NCBI GenBank assembly: GCA_050295515.1
Contig: JBNKPU010000078.1
Coordinates: 27,867 to 91,866, forward strand
DNA from: Bacteroidales bacterium
GTDB taxonomy: Bacteria > Bacteroidota > Bacteroidia > Bacteroidales > UBA10428
Reading direction: 5' to 3'
Length of the DNA stretch: 64,000 nt
Shown: positions 20,481 to 30,342 of the stretch, in pieces
Position numbering within the stretch: the stretch's first letter is position 1
Layout of the letters: each line of letters starts with the position of its first letter
Program-made: the position numbers and the translations under genes
The notes under the pieces: generated by a model
The model's input: only the letters and a program-made list of their open reading frames with translations
Told to the model about the DNA's origin: nothing
Database searches by the model: none

Positions 20481-22238
20481 ATGTCAACAAAAGGTAAAGT
20501 AAAAGGTATAATAGCAAACCTTGTTATTGTTGAGGCTGATGGTCCTATATCTCAAAACGAGATATGCTTCATTGAAACGGACAACACTAAACTTATGGCC
20601 GAGGTTATAAAAATTAATGGCCACAATGCATTTGTTCAGGTTTTTGAAAGCACACGCGGAGTAAAAATTGAAGACTCTGTGGAATTTGCAGGACATCTAC
20701 TAGAGGTTACTTTAGGCCCTGGAATTCTTTCAAAAAACTATGATGGACTTCAAAACGATTTAGATAAAATGGAGGGGGTATTCCTAAAAAGAGGAGAATA
20801 CACGCATCCTTTAGATCCAGGAAAGAAATGGCATTTTAAACCTTTGGCCAAGGTGGGCGATAAAGTAGAAGCTGCATCATGGCTTGGTGAGGTTGATGAA
20901 AACGGCATGCCACATAAAATAATGGTTCCTTTTGTTTTCAAGGGAAGTTACACGGTTAAAAACGTGGCTGAGGAAGGTGATTTCACTATTGAAGATAATA
21001 TAGCAACACTTGTTGATGCCAATGGTAAAGATGTAGCTGTTACCATGACACAAAAATGGCCGGTAAAACTTGCTATTACTAATTTCAAAGAAAAACCAAG
21101 ACCATTTAAACTGCTCGAAACGGGAGTACGTACAATCGATACGCTTAATCCTATTGTTGAAGGCGGTACCGGTTTTATTCCTGGACCTTTTGGAGCAGGC
21201 AAAACGGTTCTGCAGCATGCTATTTCAAAACAGGCTGAAGCCGATATAGTTATCATCGCTGCATGTGGTGAACGTGCAAACGAAGTAGTTGAAATCTTTA
21301 CTGAGTTCCCTGAACTTGAAGATGCTCGTACAGGTAAAAAGCTGATTGAAAGAACAACTATCATAGCCAACACATCGAACATGCCTGTTGCTGCAAGGGA
21401 AGCTTCGGTTTATACCGCTATGACCCTGGGTGAGTATTACAGGTCTATGGGTCTAAGGGTTCTGCTTATGGCTGACTCAACTTCAAGATGGGCACAGGCA
21501 CTTCGTGAAATGTCAAACAGGCTTGAAGAACTCCCTGGCCCGGATGCATTCCCAATGGATTTGCCTGCAGTAATCTCCAGTTTTTATGCACGTGCAGGCT
21601 ATGTATACCTCAATAATGGGAAAACTGGTTCAATTACATTCATAGGTACTGTATCACCAGCAGGTGGTAACCTTAAAGAACCAGTAACAGAATCGACTAA
21701 AAAAGTAGCACGGTGTTTTTATGCACTTGCCCAGGGACGTGCTGACAGTAAGAGATATCCTGCTGTTGATCCTATAGACAGCTACTCAAAATATCTGGAA
21801 TATCCCGAATTTGCTGAATATATTGCCGGTATTATTTCAGAAGACTGGATTGATCTTGTTTCTGAAATAAAAACTTTGCTGCTTCGGGGCAAAGAGGTGT
21901 ATGAGCAGATCAACATTCTTGGTGATGATGGTGTTCCAATCGATTATCATGAAATATTCTGGAAATCAGAGATTATTGACTTTGTTATCCTACAGCAAGA
22001 TGCATTTGACAATATTGACAACCATTCGCCAATAGAAAGGCAAAAATATATGCTTGATAAAGTAATTAATGTTTGTCGCTCTAAGTTTGAATTTGATTCT
22101 TTTAACGAAGTTTCCAATTACTTCAAAAGGGTAATCAATGCATTTAAGCAAATGAACTATTCTATTTTTAAATCTGAGCGGTTTATTAAATATGAGCAAG
22201 AATTAACCGAAATATTGGCTGAGCGTAGTGCAGCATAA
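20481..22238 (+). CDS. atpA: V-type ATP synthase subunit A
   Basis: GPFGAGKT, ACGERANE, NTSNMPVAAREAS, DSTSRWAQALRE. Confidence 0.96.
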   Translation: MSTKGKVKGIIANLVIVEADGPISQNEICFIETDNTKLMAEVIKINGHNAFVQVFESTRGVKIEDSVEFAGHLLEVTLGPGILSKNYDGLQNDLDKMEGVFLKRGEYTHPLDPGKKWHFKPLAKVGDKVEAASWLGEVDENGMPHKIMVPFVFKGSYTVKNVAEEGDFTIEDNIATLVDANGKDVAVTMTQKWPVKLAITNFKEKPRPFKLLETGVRTIDTLNPIVEGGTGFIPGPFGAGKTVLQHAISKQAEADIVIIAACGERANEVVEIFTEFPELEDARTGKKLIERTTIIANTSNMPVAAREASVYTAMTLGEYYRSMGLRVLLMADSTSRWAQALREMSNRLEELPGPDAFPMDLPAVISSFYARAGYVYLNNGKTGSITFIGTVSPAGGNLKEPVTESTKKVARCFYALAQGRADSKRYPAVDPIDSYSKYLEYPEFAEYIAGIISEDWIDLVSEIKTLLLRGKEVYEQINILGDDGVPIDYHEIFWKSEIIDFVILQQDAFDNIDNHSPIERQKYMLDKVINVCRSKFEFDSFNEVSNYFKRVINAFKQMNYSIFKSERFIKYEQELTEILAERSAA

Positions 22239-22264
22239 ATTCTAAAAACAGAAAAACAAAAAGC

Positions 22265-23584
22265 ATGGAAAAGAAAGCTTTTCAAAAGATATATACAAAA
22301 ATCACACAGGTCACCAAGGCTACTTGCTCACTCGAAGCATTTGGCATAGGGTATGATGAGCTAGCTATTGTAAATGGCAGGCTTGCCCAGGTTGTGAAAA
22401 TCATCGGCAATATCGTTACACTTCAAGTGTTTGGTGGTACTGAAGGCATCCCTACAAATGCCGAGGTTACTTTCTTGGGCAAATCACCTTCATTAAAAGT
22501 TAGTGAAGACCTTGCCGGAAGGTTTTTTAACGCGTATGGCGATCCCATTGATGGCGGACCAGCAGTTGAAGGTAAAGAAGTTTCTATTGGTGGCCCATCT
22601 GTAAATCCGGTTAGACGTAAACAACCGTCGGAGCTTATTGCTACAGGAATTGCAGGAATTGACCTAAACAACACCTTAGTGTCCGGTCAAAAAATCCCGT
22701 TCTTTGCAGATCCTGACCAGCCTTACAACCAGGTTATGGCCATGGTTGCACTTCGTGCCAAAGCGGACAAGATTATCCTTGGAGGTATGGGACTGACCAA
22801 TGACGATTACCTTTACTATAAGAATGTTTTCGACAATGCCGGTGCGCTTGACCGTATCATTAGTTTTGTAAATACCACAGACAATCCTCCGGTTGAAAGA
22901 TTGCTTGTTCCTGACATGGCACTGACCACTGCTGAATATTTTGCTGTAGAAAAAAATGAAAGTGTACTTGTACTGTTAACTGACATGACACTGTTTGCCG
23001 ATGCATTAAGTATTGTATCGAACCGTATGGACCAGATTCCATCAAAAGACAGTATGCCTGGTTCGCTATACTCTGACCTTGCTAAAATATATGAAAAAGC
23101 CGTACAGTTCCCTGAAGGAGGATCAATTACTATTATTGCCGTAACCACTCTTTCTGGTGGAGACATTACCCATGCCATACCAGACAATACAGGCTATATC
23201 ACTGAAGGACAGTTATTCCTTCGTAATGACTCAGATGTTGGAAAGGTCATTGTTGACCCATTTCGTAGTCTTTCAAGGTTAAAGCAGCTTGTAATTGGCA
23301 AAAAAACAAGGGAAGATCATCCGCAGGTTATGAATGCTGCTGTTCGTATGTTTGCAGATGCAGCCAATGCCAAAACAAAATTAGAGAATGGCTTCGACCT
23401 TACAGAATATGACCAACGTACTTTAGATTTTGCAAAAGACTATTCAGAAAAATTGCTTGCCATAGACGTAAACATTGATACTGACGAAATGCTAAATACT
23501 GGATGGGAGCTATTCAACAAGCACTTTAAGCCTGAAGAAATTGGCATTAAGCAAGAACTGGTGGATAAGTACTGGAAGAATTAA
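22265..23584 (+). CDS. atpB: V-type ATP synthase subunit B
   Basis: TGIAGIDLNNTLVSGQKIPFF, PDNTGYITEGQ, SLSRL. Confidence 0.96.
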   Translation: MEKKAFQKIYTKITQVTKATCSLEAFGIGYDELAIVNGRLAQVVKIIGNIVTLQVFGGTEGIPTNAEVTFLGKSPSLKVSEDLAGRFFNAYGDPIDGGPAVEGKEVSIGGPSVNPVRRKQPSELIATGIAGIDLNNTLVSGQKIPFFADPDQPYNQVMAMVALRAKADKIILGGMGLTNDDYLYYKNVFDNAGALDRIISFVNTTDNPPVERLLVPDMALTTAEYFAVEKNESVLVLLTDMTLFADALSIVSNRMDQIPSKDSMPGSLYSDLAKIYEKAVQFPEGGSITIIAVTTLSGGDITHAIPDNTGYITEGQLFLRNDSDVGKVIVDPFRSLSRLKQLVIGKKTREDHPQVMNAAVRMFADAANAKTKLENGFDLTEYDQRTLDFAKDYSEKLLAIDVNIDTDEMLNTGWELFNKHFKPEEIGIKQELVDKYWKN

Positions 23585-23593
23585 ATAATTAAC

Positions 23594-24193
23594 ATGGCTA
23601 TAAGTTTTCAATATAATAAAACATCGCTTCAAAGCCTTGAAAAGCAACTGAAAGTTCGTGTAAGAGCTTTGCCTACTATAAAAAACAAAGAGTCTGCTTT
23701 ACGTATCGAGGTAAAAAAAGCGAAAGACGAAAGCAAACGGCTAGACACGGAGCTTCAAGATACCATCAAGTCTTATGACAACATGGTTGCTCTATGGGGA
23801 GAGTTTGACACCTCACTTATTACTATTGATGCTGTTCATCTTGGAACAAAGAAAATTGCTGGTGTTAAAACTCCGGTTTTAGATGGCATTGACTTTCATA
23901 TTGCTGAATTCAGCGTATTCAATGCCCCGAAATGGTTTCTGAATGGTATTGCCATTGTTAAAAAAATGGCAAGCATTGCTATTGAACGAGAAGTTTTTAC
24001 ACGAAAAATGCAATTGCTCGACTACGCCAGAAAGAAGACTACACAAAAGGTTAATTTGTTTGAGAAGGTGCAGATTCCAGGATATGAAGATGCAATAAGA
24101 AAGATCAAGCGCTTTATGGAAGATGAAGATAACCTTTCTAAATCTGCTCAAAAAATTGTTAAAACCCGACAACAAAAGGAGGCTGGCCAATGA
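23594..24193 (+). CDS. atpD: V-type ATP synthase subunit D
   Basis: RALPTIKNKE; KTTQKVNLFEKVQIP. Confidence 0.93.
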   Translation: MAISFQYNKTSLQSLEKQLKVRVRALPTIKNKESALRIEVKKAKDESKRLDTELQDTIKSYDNMVALWGEFDTSLITIDAVHLGTKKIAGVKTPVLDGIDFHIAEFSVFNAPKWFLNGIAIVKKMASIAIEREVFTRKMQLLDYARKKTTQKVNLFEKVQIPGYEDAIRKIKRFMEDEDNLSKSAQKIVKTRQQKEAGQ

Positions 24194-26019
24194 TTGTTCC
24201 AATGATGAAATATACTTTCCTGGCTTATCACAAGGAATATGAGCAGTTTCTGATAGATTTACAGGAATTGGGCGTATTGCATGTTGTAGAAAAGATTTCA
24301 GGTGAGTTAGAAAATGAAGAACTAAAGGAAAGCTATACCCAGCTTAAGCAATATCAGGAGACTATCAAGTTTTTAGAAAAACGGGATGTCGAAAAATCCG
24401 ATATTTCAGAAGGTAAAAACGGATTGGATATTCTTCATGGCATTTTAAAACTTCACAAAGAAAAAGAAGAATACCTACAGAAGCTAGTAGTGTTTAAAAA
24501 AGAGTTAAGCCTTGTTGAGCCCTGGGGAGAATTTAGCTGGGAAGTTATCCGGAATCTGGAAGATGCCGGTCTTCATGTCAGGTTCTTTACCTGTCCTTTA
24601 AAAAAATACGAAGAAAGCATCCAAGGTCAATACTATACTGAAGCTATTAACGAAAATAATGGACTAGTCTATTTTGTCTTAATTGAGAAACAAGATGAAA
24701 AGGTTGATATTGACATTGAAGAAGTTCAACTTCCAGAAAAATCACTGAGCAAGATACAGGACGAGATAAGAAACATCGATGAAATTCTTGTTAAAACAGA
24801 GGAGGTTTTCGATAAATTTGCTTCTAAATATTTACCATTGCTCAGACAATCAGCAAACGAAATATCAGCGAAACTATCTTTTGACAAAATAATACTCAAC
24901 ACACTAAAAGAAGCCGAAGAAAAGCTAATGGTGCTTGAAGGCTGGGTACCTGAAGACAAGGTTGAATCACTCAATGCATTTTTGGATAAGAGTGGGGTGT
25001 ATTTCGAAAGTGTAAAACCAGTACCTGTAGATGCACCACCTATCAAACTTAAAAACAACAAGTTTGCCAAATTGTACGAAGCGATTGGGGAATTATACAC
25101 TTTCCCAAACTATCAGGAGATTGATCTTACAGCTTTTTTTGCTCCTTTTTACATGTTGTTTTTCGGATTTTGTTTGGGAGATGCCGGGTATGGGCTTTTG
25201 ATCACTTTGGGAACCATATATGGGCTTTTCAAAGTGAAACCAAAATTAAAGCCACTACTTAAACTTGGAATGTATTTGGGTATTGCAACTACTCTTATGG
25301 GAATAGTTGGTGGAACATTTTTTGGTATCATGTTGCATCCTGATGATTATAAAGGTGCAGTGGTACTTGCTCCATGGATTAAAAAGTATCAAACATTCAT
25401 TGTAAGTAGTGATAATCTGATGTATTTGTCACTTGGATTAGGATATATCCAAGTATTGTTTGGCATGTTTATAAAAGCAGCGAATAGAGCCAGATTATAC
25501 GGTTTTAAATATTCAATCAGTCAGTTAGGTTGGAATGTTATTGTAATGATTACTATTCCTGCATTTGCATTAGGCTATAAAAATATTGTGAATCAAAATA
25601 TAGCATATCAAATAGCAATAGTATCTGGTATTATAGGAGGATTGCCAGCAATGTTTTATAACACTCCCGGAAAGAATCCTCTACTAAACCTTGGGACAGG
25701 TCTCTGGGAAACATATCAGACTGCTTCGGGATTATTAGGTGATATTCTATCCTATATAAGATTATTTGCCTTAGGTATATCAAGTGCAATTCTTGGAAAC
25801 GTCTTCAACGACTTAGCGATTCAGTCCTTTAAAGGTATGGGTAAAGGCATTTTTGGTATCATAGCCATGGTACTTATCCTGGCATTTGGACATGGCTTAA
25901 ACTTCTTCATGGCAGCCCTGGGCTCATTTGTACATCCACTTCGTTTAACTTTTGTGGAATTCTATAAAAATGCTGGTTTTATGGGAGGTGGAAGAAAATA
26001 CGAACCATTTAGTAAATAA
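24190..26019 (+). CDS. atpI: V-type ATP synthase subunit I
   Basis: LEGWVP, FFGFCLGDAGYG, SYIRLFAL, HPLRLTFVEF. Confidence 0.95.
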   Translation: MIVPMMKYTFLAYHKEYEQFLIDLQELGVLHVVEKISGELENEELKESYTQLKQYQETIKFLEKRDVEKSDISEGKNGLDILHGILKLHKEKEEYLQKLVVFKKELSLVEPWGEFSWEVIRNLEDAGLHVRFFTCPLKKYEESIQGQYYTEAINENNGLVYFVLIEKQDEKVDIDIEEVQLPEKSLSKIQDEIRNIDEILVKTEEVFDKFASKYLPLLRQSANEISAKLSFDKIILNTLKEAEEKLMVLEGWVPEDKVESLNAFLDKSGVYFESVKPVPVDAPPIKLKNNKFAKLYEAIGELYTFPNYQEIDLTAFFAPFYMLFFGFCLGDAGYGLLITLGTIYGLFKVKPKLKPLLKLGMYLGIATTLMGIVGGTFFGIMLHPDDYKGAVVLAPWIKKYQTFIVSSDNLMYLSLGLGYIQVLFGMFIKAANRARLYGFKYSISQLGWNVIVMITIPAFALGYKNIVNQNIAYQIAIVSGIIGGLPAMFYNTPGKNPLLNLGTGLWETYQTASGLLGDILSYIRLFALGISSAILGNVFNDLAIQSFKGMGKGIFGIIAMVLILAFGHGLNFFMAALGSFVHPLRLTFVEFYKNAGFMGGGRKYEPFSK

Positions 26020-26037
26020 AATATAAGAAACAAATAA

Positions 26038-26514
<477 letters not shown>

Positions 26515-26533
26515 AAAATACAACAAAAACATC

Positions 26534-26569
26534 ATCCCCTGACTGTACATCTTTCAGGGGATTTTTTTT
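26534..26569 (+). terminator. Rho-independent terminator of the V-ATPase operon
   Basis: atcccctga/tcaggggat stem plus T-run. Confidence 0.8.
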
Positions 26570-26600
26570 ATTTTTATTTTTTAAAAATCAAGAAAAAAAA

Positions 26601-27104
26601 ATGGATTGGTTACTTCTTTTTCTCGCTGCAATTTTAATGGTTGTTGGTATAATTGGATGCATAATTCCAGTTCTACCTGGTCCTCCAATTAGCTTTATTG
26701 GTATTTTAGTGGCCCATTTTACGCGTTTTGCAAATTTCGAGACCACTACCCTTGTTATGCTTGGTTTTATTGCGCTAACGGTTCAAATATTGGATTATAT
26801 TGTTCCAGCGTGGGGAACCAAGAAATTTGGAGGCTCAAAATACGGTACCTGGGGCAGCATAATCGGTTTAATAGTTGGTCTTTTCTTTGTGCCGGCAATA
26901 GGCCCTTTTGGCATCATTACTATATTGGGTGGTCCTTTTGTTGGAGCTTATGTAGGCGAAAAAATTGGCGGACAAGAAGACAGAAAAGCTCTAAGAGCAG
27001 CATTTGGTTCTTTTATTGGCTTTTTAACCGGCACTTTTATGAAACTTGCCACATCACTGGTGATGACTGGCATATTAATTGTACATATTGTTAAAAACAT
27101 CTAA
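26601..27104 (+). CDS. DUF456 membrane protein
   Basis: IPVLPGPP, TKKFGGSKYG, GPFVGAYVGE. Confidence 0.9.
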   Translation: MDWLLLFLAAILMVVGIIGCIIPVLPGPPISFIGILVAHFTRFANFETTTLVMLGFIALTVQILDYIVPAWGTKKFGGSKYGTWGSIIGLIVGLFFVPAIGPFGIITILGGPFVGAYVGEKIGGQEDRKALRAAFGSFIGFLTGTFMKLATSLVMTGILIVHIVKNI

Positions 27105-27111
27105 TTAGATT

Positions 27112-27789
27112 TTGAAAAAGTCAATTTTCATAGTTGCATTGTTCTTTTTCATGAATACATTTCGTATTTGTGGTCAGGACATATATGATTCTTTGACTCT
27201 AGAAAATTTCAGGGATTATCAAGCGTTTAAAGAAAAAATAAATCCAGACCATTTTAAGCCGGAAATCCTTGAAGCTGCAATATTTTATCTAACCAACGAG
27301 GTGCGTATAAATCATAATTTATCTTATTTGCCCTACAAGAAAAACCTGGCTATAGGAGCTAGGCTCCACTCGACTGAAATGGCAACCTGGAATTTCTTCA
27401 ACCATACAAACCAAAAAAACAAAAAATTAAGGGAACCCGAAGACAGGGCAAAAGCTTCTGGCATAACCAATCCAAAATTAGCAGAAAATATAATTGAAGG
27501 TTTTATTATTGAATATCAATCGAACAATAAGGTTTTGGCTCCATCTCCGGGAGTTTTCCTGGATCAGGATACAAAAGAAAAACTACCTTACAGAACATAC
27601 CTTACCTTAGCCGAAGTCATTTTAAAAGATTGGATGAATTCGAAAGGCCATAAAGCAAATATACTCTCCAAGAATGCCGTTCAGCTCGGATGTGGCGTTT
27701 CCATTTATACCATGAAAAATTTCAACCACATGCCAGCAGTTAAAGCAACCCAGCTTTTTCAATGGTGGGAACCAGTAAAAACCCAGTAA
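27112..27789 (+). CDS. CAP/SCP domain exported protein
   Basis: LTNEVR, ARLHSTEMA, AENI, WMNSKGHKANIL. Confidence 0.9.
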   Translation: MKKSIFIVALFFFMNTFRICGQDIYDSLTLENFRDYQAFKEKINPDHFKPEILEAAIFYLTNEVRINHNLSYLPYKKNLAIGARLHSTEMATWNFFNHTNQKNKKLREPEDRAKASGITNPKLAENIIEGFIIEYQSNNKVLAPSPGVFLDQDTKEKLPYRTYLTLAEVILKDWMNSKGHKANILSKNAVQLGCGVSIYTMKNFNHMPAVKATQLFQWWEPVKTQ

Positions 27790-27866
27790 CCTTTTTGAAA
27801 ATTTATGCAAAAATGAACAACCTTGAAAAAGGCTGCCCACTTTGCAAAATTTCTTAAAAAAGACAA

Positions 27867-28130
27867 TCAGACTGCTACTACCCTAACCTTATTGGTATGA
27901 GCTCTGAGAACACGGAGATTTCTACCCGCAACGGTTTTGCCGTCCAAAGTTTTAATGGCTTCCATGGCCTCTTTCTTGTTTGGCATGTCTAAAAAGCCAA
28001 AGCCTTTTGATTTTCCGGTTTTTTTGTCGCGGATGATTTTGATAGCATCAACTTTACCAAGTACTTCGAAAATACGTTGTACATCTTCTTCGCTCAGCGA
28101 ATAATTGACGTTGCCCACATAAATAGTCAT
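27867..28130 (-). CDS. RRM-domain RNA-binding protein
   Basis: RNP2 IYVGNV and RNP1 KGFGFL. Confidence 0.92.
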   Translation of the reverse strand: MTIYVGNVNYSLSEEDVQRIFEVLGKVDAIKIIRDKKTGKSKGFGFLDMPNKKEAMEAIKTLDGKTVAGRNLRVLRAHTNKVRVVAV

Positions 28131-28234
28131 ATCACAAAGAATTGAAATGATTACTAACTAACAAGTTAATAAAAAAAAAGGTCTATGTGAAATTTTCAGG
28201 AATAAAAAAACTATTTATAAGGCAATTAAATCGC

Positions 28235-29233
28235 TCAGCCAAGCGTAGCAACCATTACAGCCTTGATTGTATGAACTCTGTTTTCGGCCTCATCAAATAC
28301 AACTGAAGCTTTCGATTCAAACACCTCCTCCGTTACTTCCAGCGCATCCAGTCCAAACTTCTCATGTATTTCACGTCCAATTTTAGTTTCCAGGTTATGG
28401 AAAGCTGGGAGACAATGCAGAAACTTAACATCCTTATTGCCGGTTAATTCCAATGCATGCTTATTCACCTGATAGGGTTTAAGCAGCGTAATGCGTTCAC
28501 CCCAAACCGACTCAGGTTCTCCCATCGAGACCCAAACATCGGTATATAAGAAGTCTGCTCCTTTCACAGCTTCTTCAACACTATCTGTTATTAAAACAGA
28601 TCCGCCAGATTCTTTTGCCAATTCCTTACATGTATTGACAAGCTCTTCTTCTGGCTGGCATTCTTTAGGAGCAGCAGCCCTAAAATCCATGCCTAATTTT
28701 GCAGCTCCAACCATCAACGAATTGCCCATGTTGTTTCTTGCATCACCAAGGTAACATAATTTCACTTCGCTAAGGGGTTTATTAATATGTTCCTGTATAG
28801 TCAGGAAATCTGCTAAAATTTGTGTGGGATGAAATTCGTCGGTAAGCCCATTCCAAACTGGCACGCCGGCATATTCTGCCAACTCTTCCACAATTGACTG
28901 ACCAAACCCACGGTATTCAATACCGTCAAACATGCGGCCCAAAACACGCGCAGTATCTTTCATTGACTCTTTAAGTCCAATCTGAGATCCGGAGGGCCCA
29001 AGATAAGTCGTACTTGCCCCTTGATCATTTGCAGCAACCTCAAAAGCACACCTGGTACGTGTTGAAGACTTTTCAAAGATTAAAGCAATATTTTTCCCTC
29101 TTAACAAGGGCTGCTCTGTTCCTGTGTACTTAGCTGTTTTTAAATCAGCCGATAACTTTAATAAAAATTCAATCTCGGAACGAGAAAAATCCAAAAGCTT
29201 TAAAAAGTTTCTGTTTTTAAGGTTTACTGGCAT
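28235..29233 (-). CDS. argF: Ornithine carbamoyltransferase
   Basis: STRTR, HPTQ, DVWVSMG and HCLP motifs. Confidence 0.95.
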   Translation of the reverse strand: MPVNLKNRNFLKLLDFSRSEIEFLLKLSADLKTAKYTGTEQPLLRGKNIALIFEKSSTRTRCAFEVAANDQGASTTYLGPSGSQIGLKESMKDTARVLGRMFDGIEYRGFGQSIVEELAEYAGVPVWNGLTDEFHPTQILADFLTIQEHINKPLSEVKLCYLGDARNNMGNSLMVGAAKLGMDFRAAAPKECQPEEELVNTCKELAKESGGSVLITDSVEEAVKGADFLYTDVWVSMGEPESVWGERITLLKPYQVNKHALELTGNKDVKFLHCLPAFHNLETKIGREIHEKFGLDALEVTEEVFESKASVVFDEAENRVHTIKAVMVATLG

Positions 29234-29302
29234 AGCTCAAAATATTAGTTCGTGTACAAATGTAAAACAAACTTCGGGACTTCAGTATGACGAAAGTCAA
29301 TA

Positions 29303-29341
29303 AATGTATATTTATTATTTCTGCATGTATGTTTATACGTT
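29303..29341. promoter_or_regulatory. Tandem ARG-box-like sites upstream of argF
   Basis: aaTGTATATTTATTATtt and caTGTATGTTTATACGtt separated by 3 bp; argF -7 element TACATTTG at 29257-29264 (minus strand). Confidence 0.55.
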
Positions 29342-29456
29342 TAGTGTTTTCGATATTAATTTGTAATTTAATAAAGGAAATAGGTACATCTGTCAAATAT
29401 ACCTAAACATCAATACCCTAATGACGTATATAATTTATAATTTAGAAAAAGATTAA

Positions 29457-30149
29457 ATGAAGGGAATGACAAGAAATTTTATCCTGCTGATTACTGTAAG
29501 TAGCTTTTTACTATCGTGCACAACCAAGAAACCTACAGGAAAATACAACAATGGAAGAATCGAATATAAGATTACCTATTTAAATGCTGAAGACGGTAGT
29601 TTTGATCCTTCTTTCCTGCCAAAAAAAATGGTTCTCGAATTCAACAAAGAATATTGTACAAATACTATTGATGGTTTTATGGGGCTTTTCAGGTTGGCAA
29701 ACATTACTTATTTTGGTAAGAAAAGAAGCATCACCCAATTAAAGGTGCTTGAGAAAAATTATATTTTTGAGGGAGAAAGAAATGAATTGATGTGTTGTTT
29801 CGACCTTTTTGAAGACATGCTTATAAAAGAAGATACAACAACTAAGGTTATAGCAGGGTTGACTTCTAATCATGCAACTGCCTATATACCAGTCTTAGGT
29901 GAAACTTTTGATATTTTTTATACCGATGAGATTAAACTTGATCATCCAAACATCACAAATCCGTACCTGGACATAAGAGGAGTACTAACCGACTTTGTTT
30001 TATACATGGGTCCCTATAAAATGCGTTTTGTTGCAAATAAATTTGATCCAACAAGAAATCCAAAGGAAGATATTGTTGCTACCGATGAAACAATGAATGT
30101 ATCGCGTGATGAAATGGTTTATGCACTAGACCGGTTAATGAGGCCATAA
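29457..30149 (+). CDS. Hypothetical lipoprotein (GLPGLI/DUF4412-like fold possible)
   Basis: Lipobox LLSC; GRIEYKITY and TKVIAGL patterns. Confidence 0.7.
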   Translation: MKGMTRNFILLITVSSFLLSCTTKKPTGKYNNGRIEYKITYLNAEDGSFDPSFLPKKMVLEFNKEYCTNTIDGFMGLFRLANITYFGKKRSITQLKVLEKNYIFEGERNELMCCFDLFEDMLIKEDTTTKVIAGLTSNHATAYIPVLGETFDIFYTDEIKLDHPNITNPYLDIRGVLTDFVLYMGPYKMRFVANKFDPTRNPKEDIVATDETMNVSRDEMVYALDRLMRP

Positions 30150-30342
30150 CCAGCAATATTTTCGTGATTTTTATCTATAATTTTCGTAAAACACTTTATG
30201 GTAACACTTAATATAGTGAGTACATTCTTCTCATATAGTGTAATTGAAAATATTCCTGATTTTGTTGAATAATATTTCAGATTTTAACCAGTTTAATTAA
30301 AGGGTCATATTAAATTTGAATTTTGACACAATTAGCCGGTTT

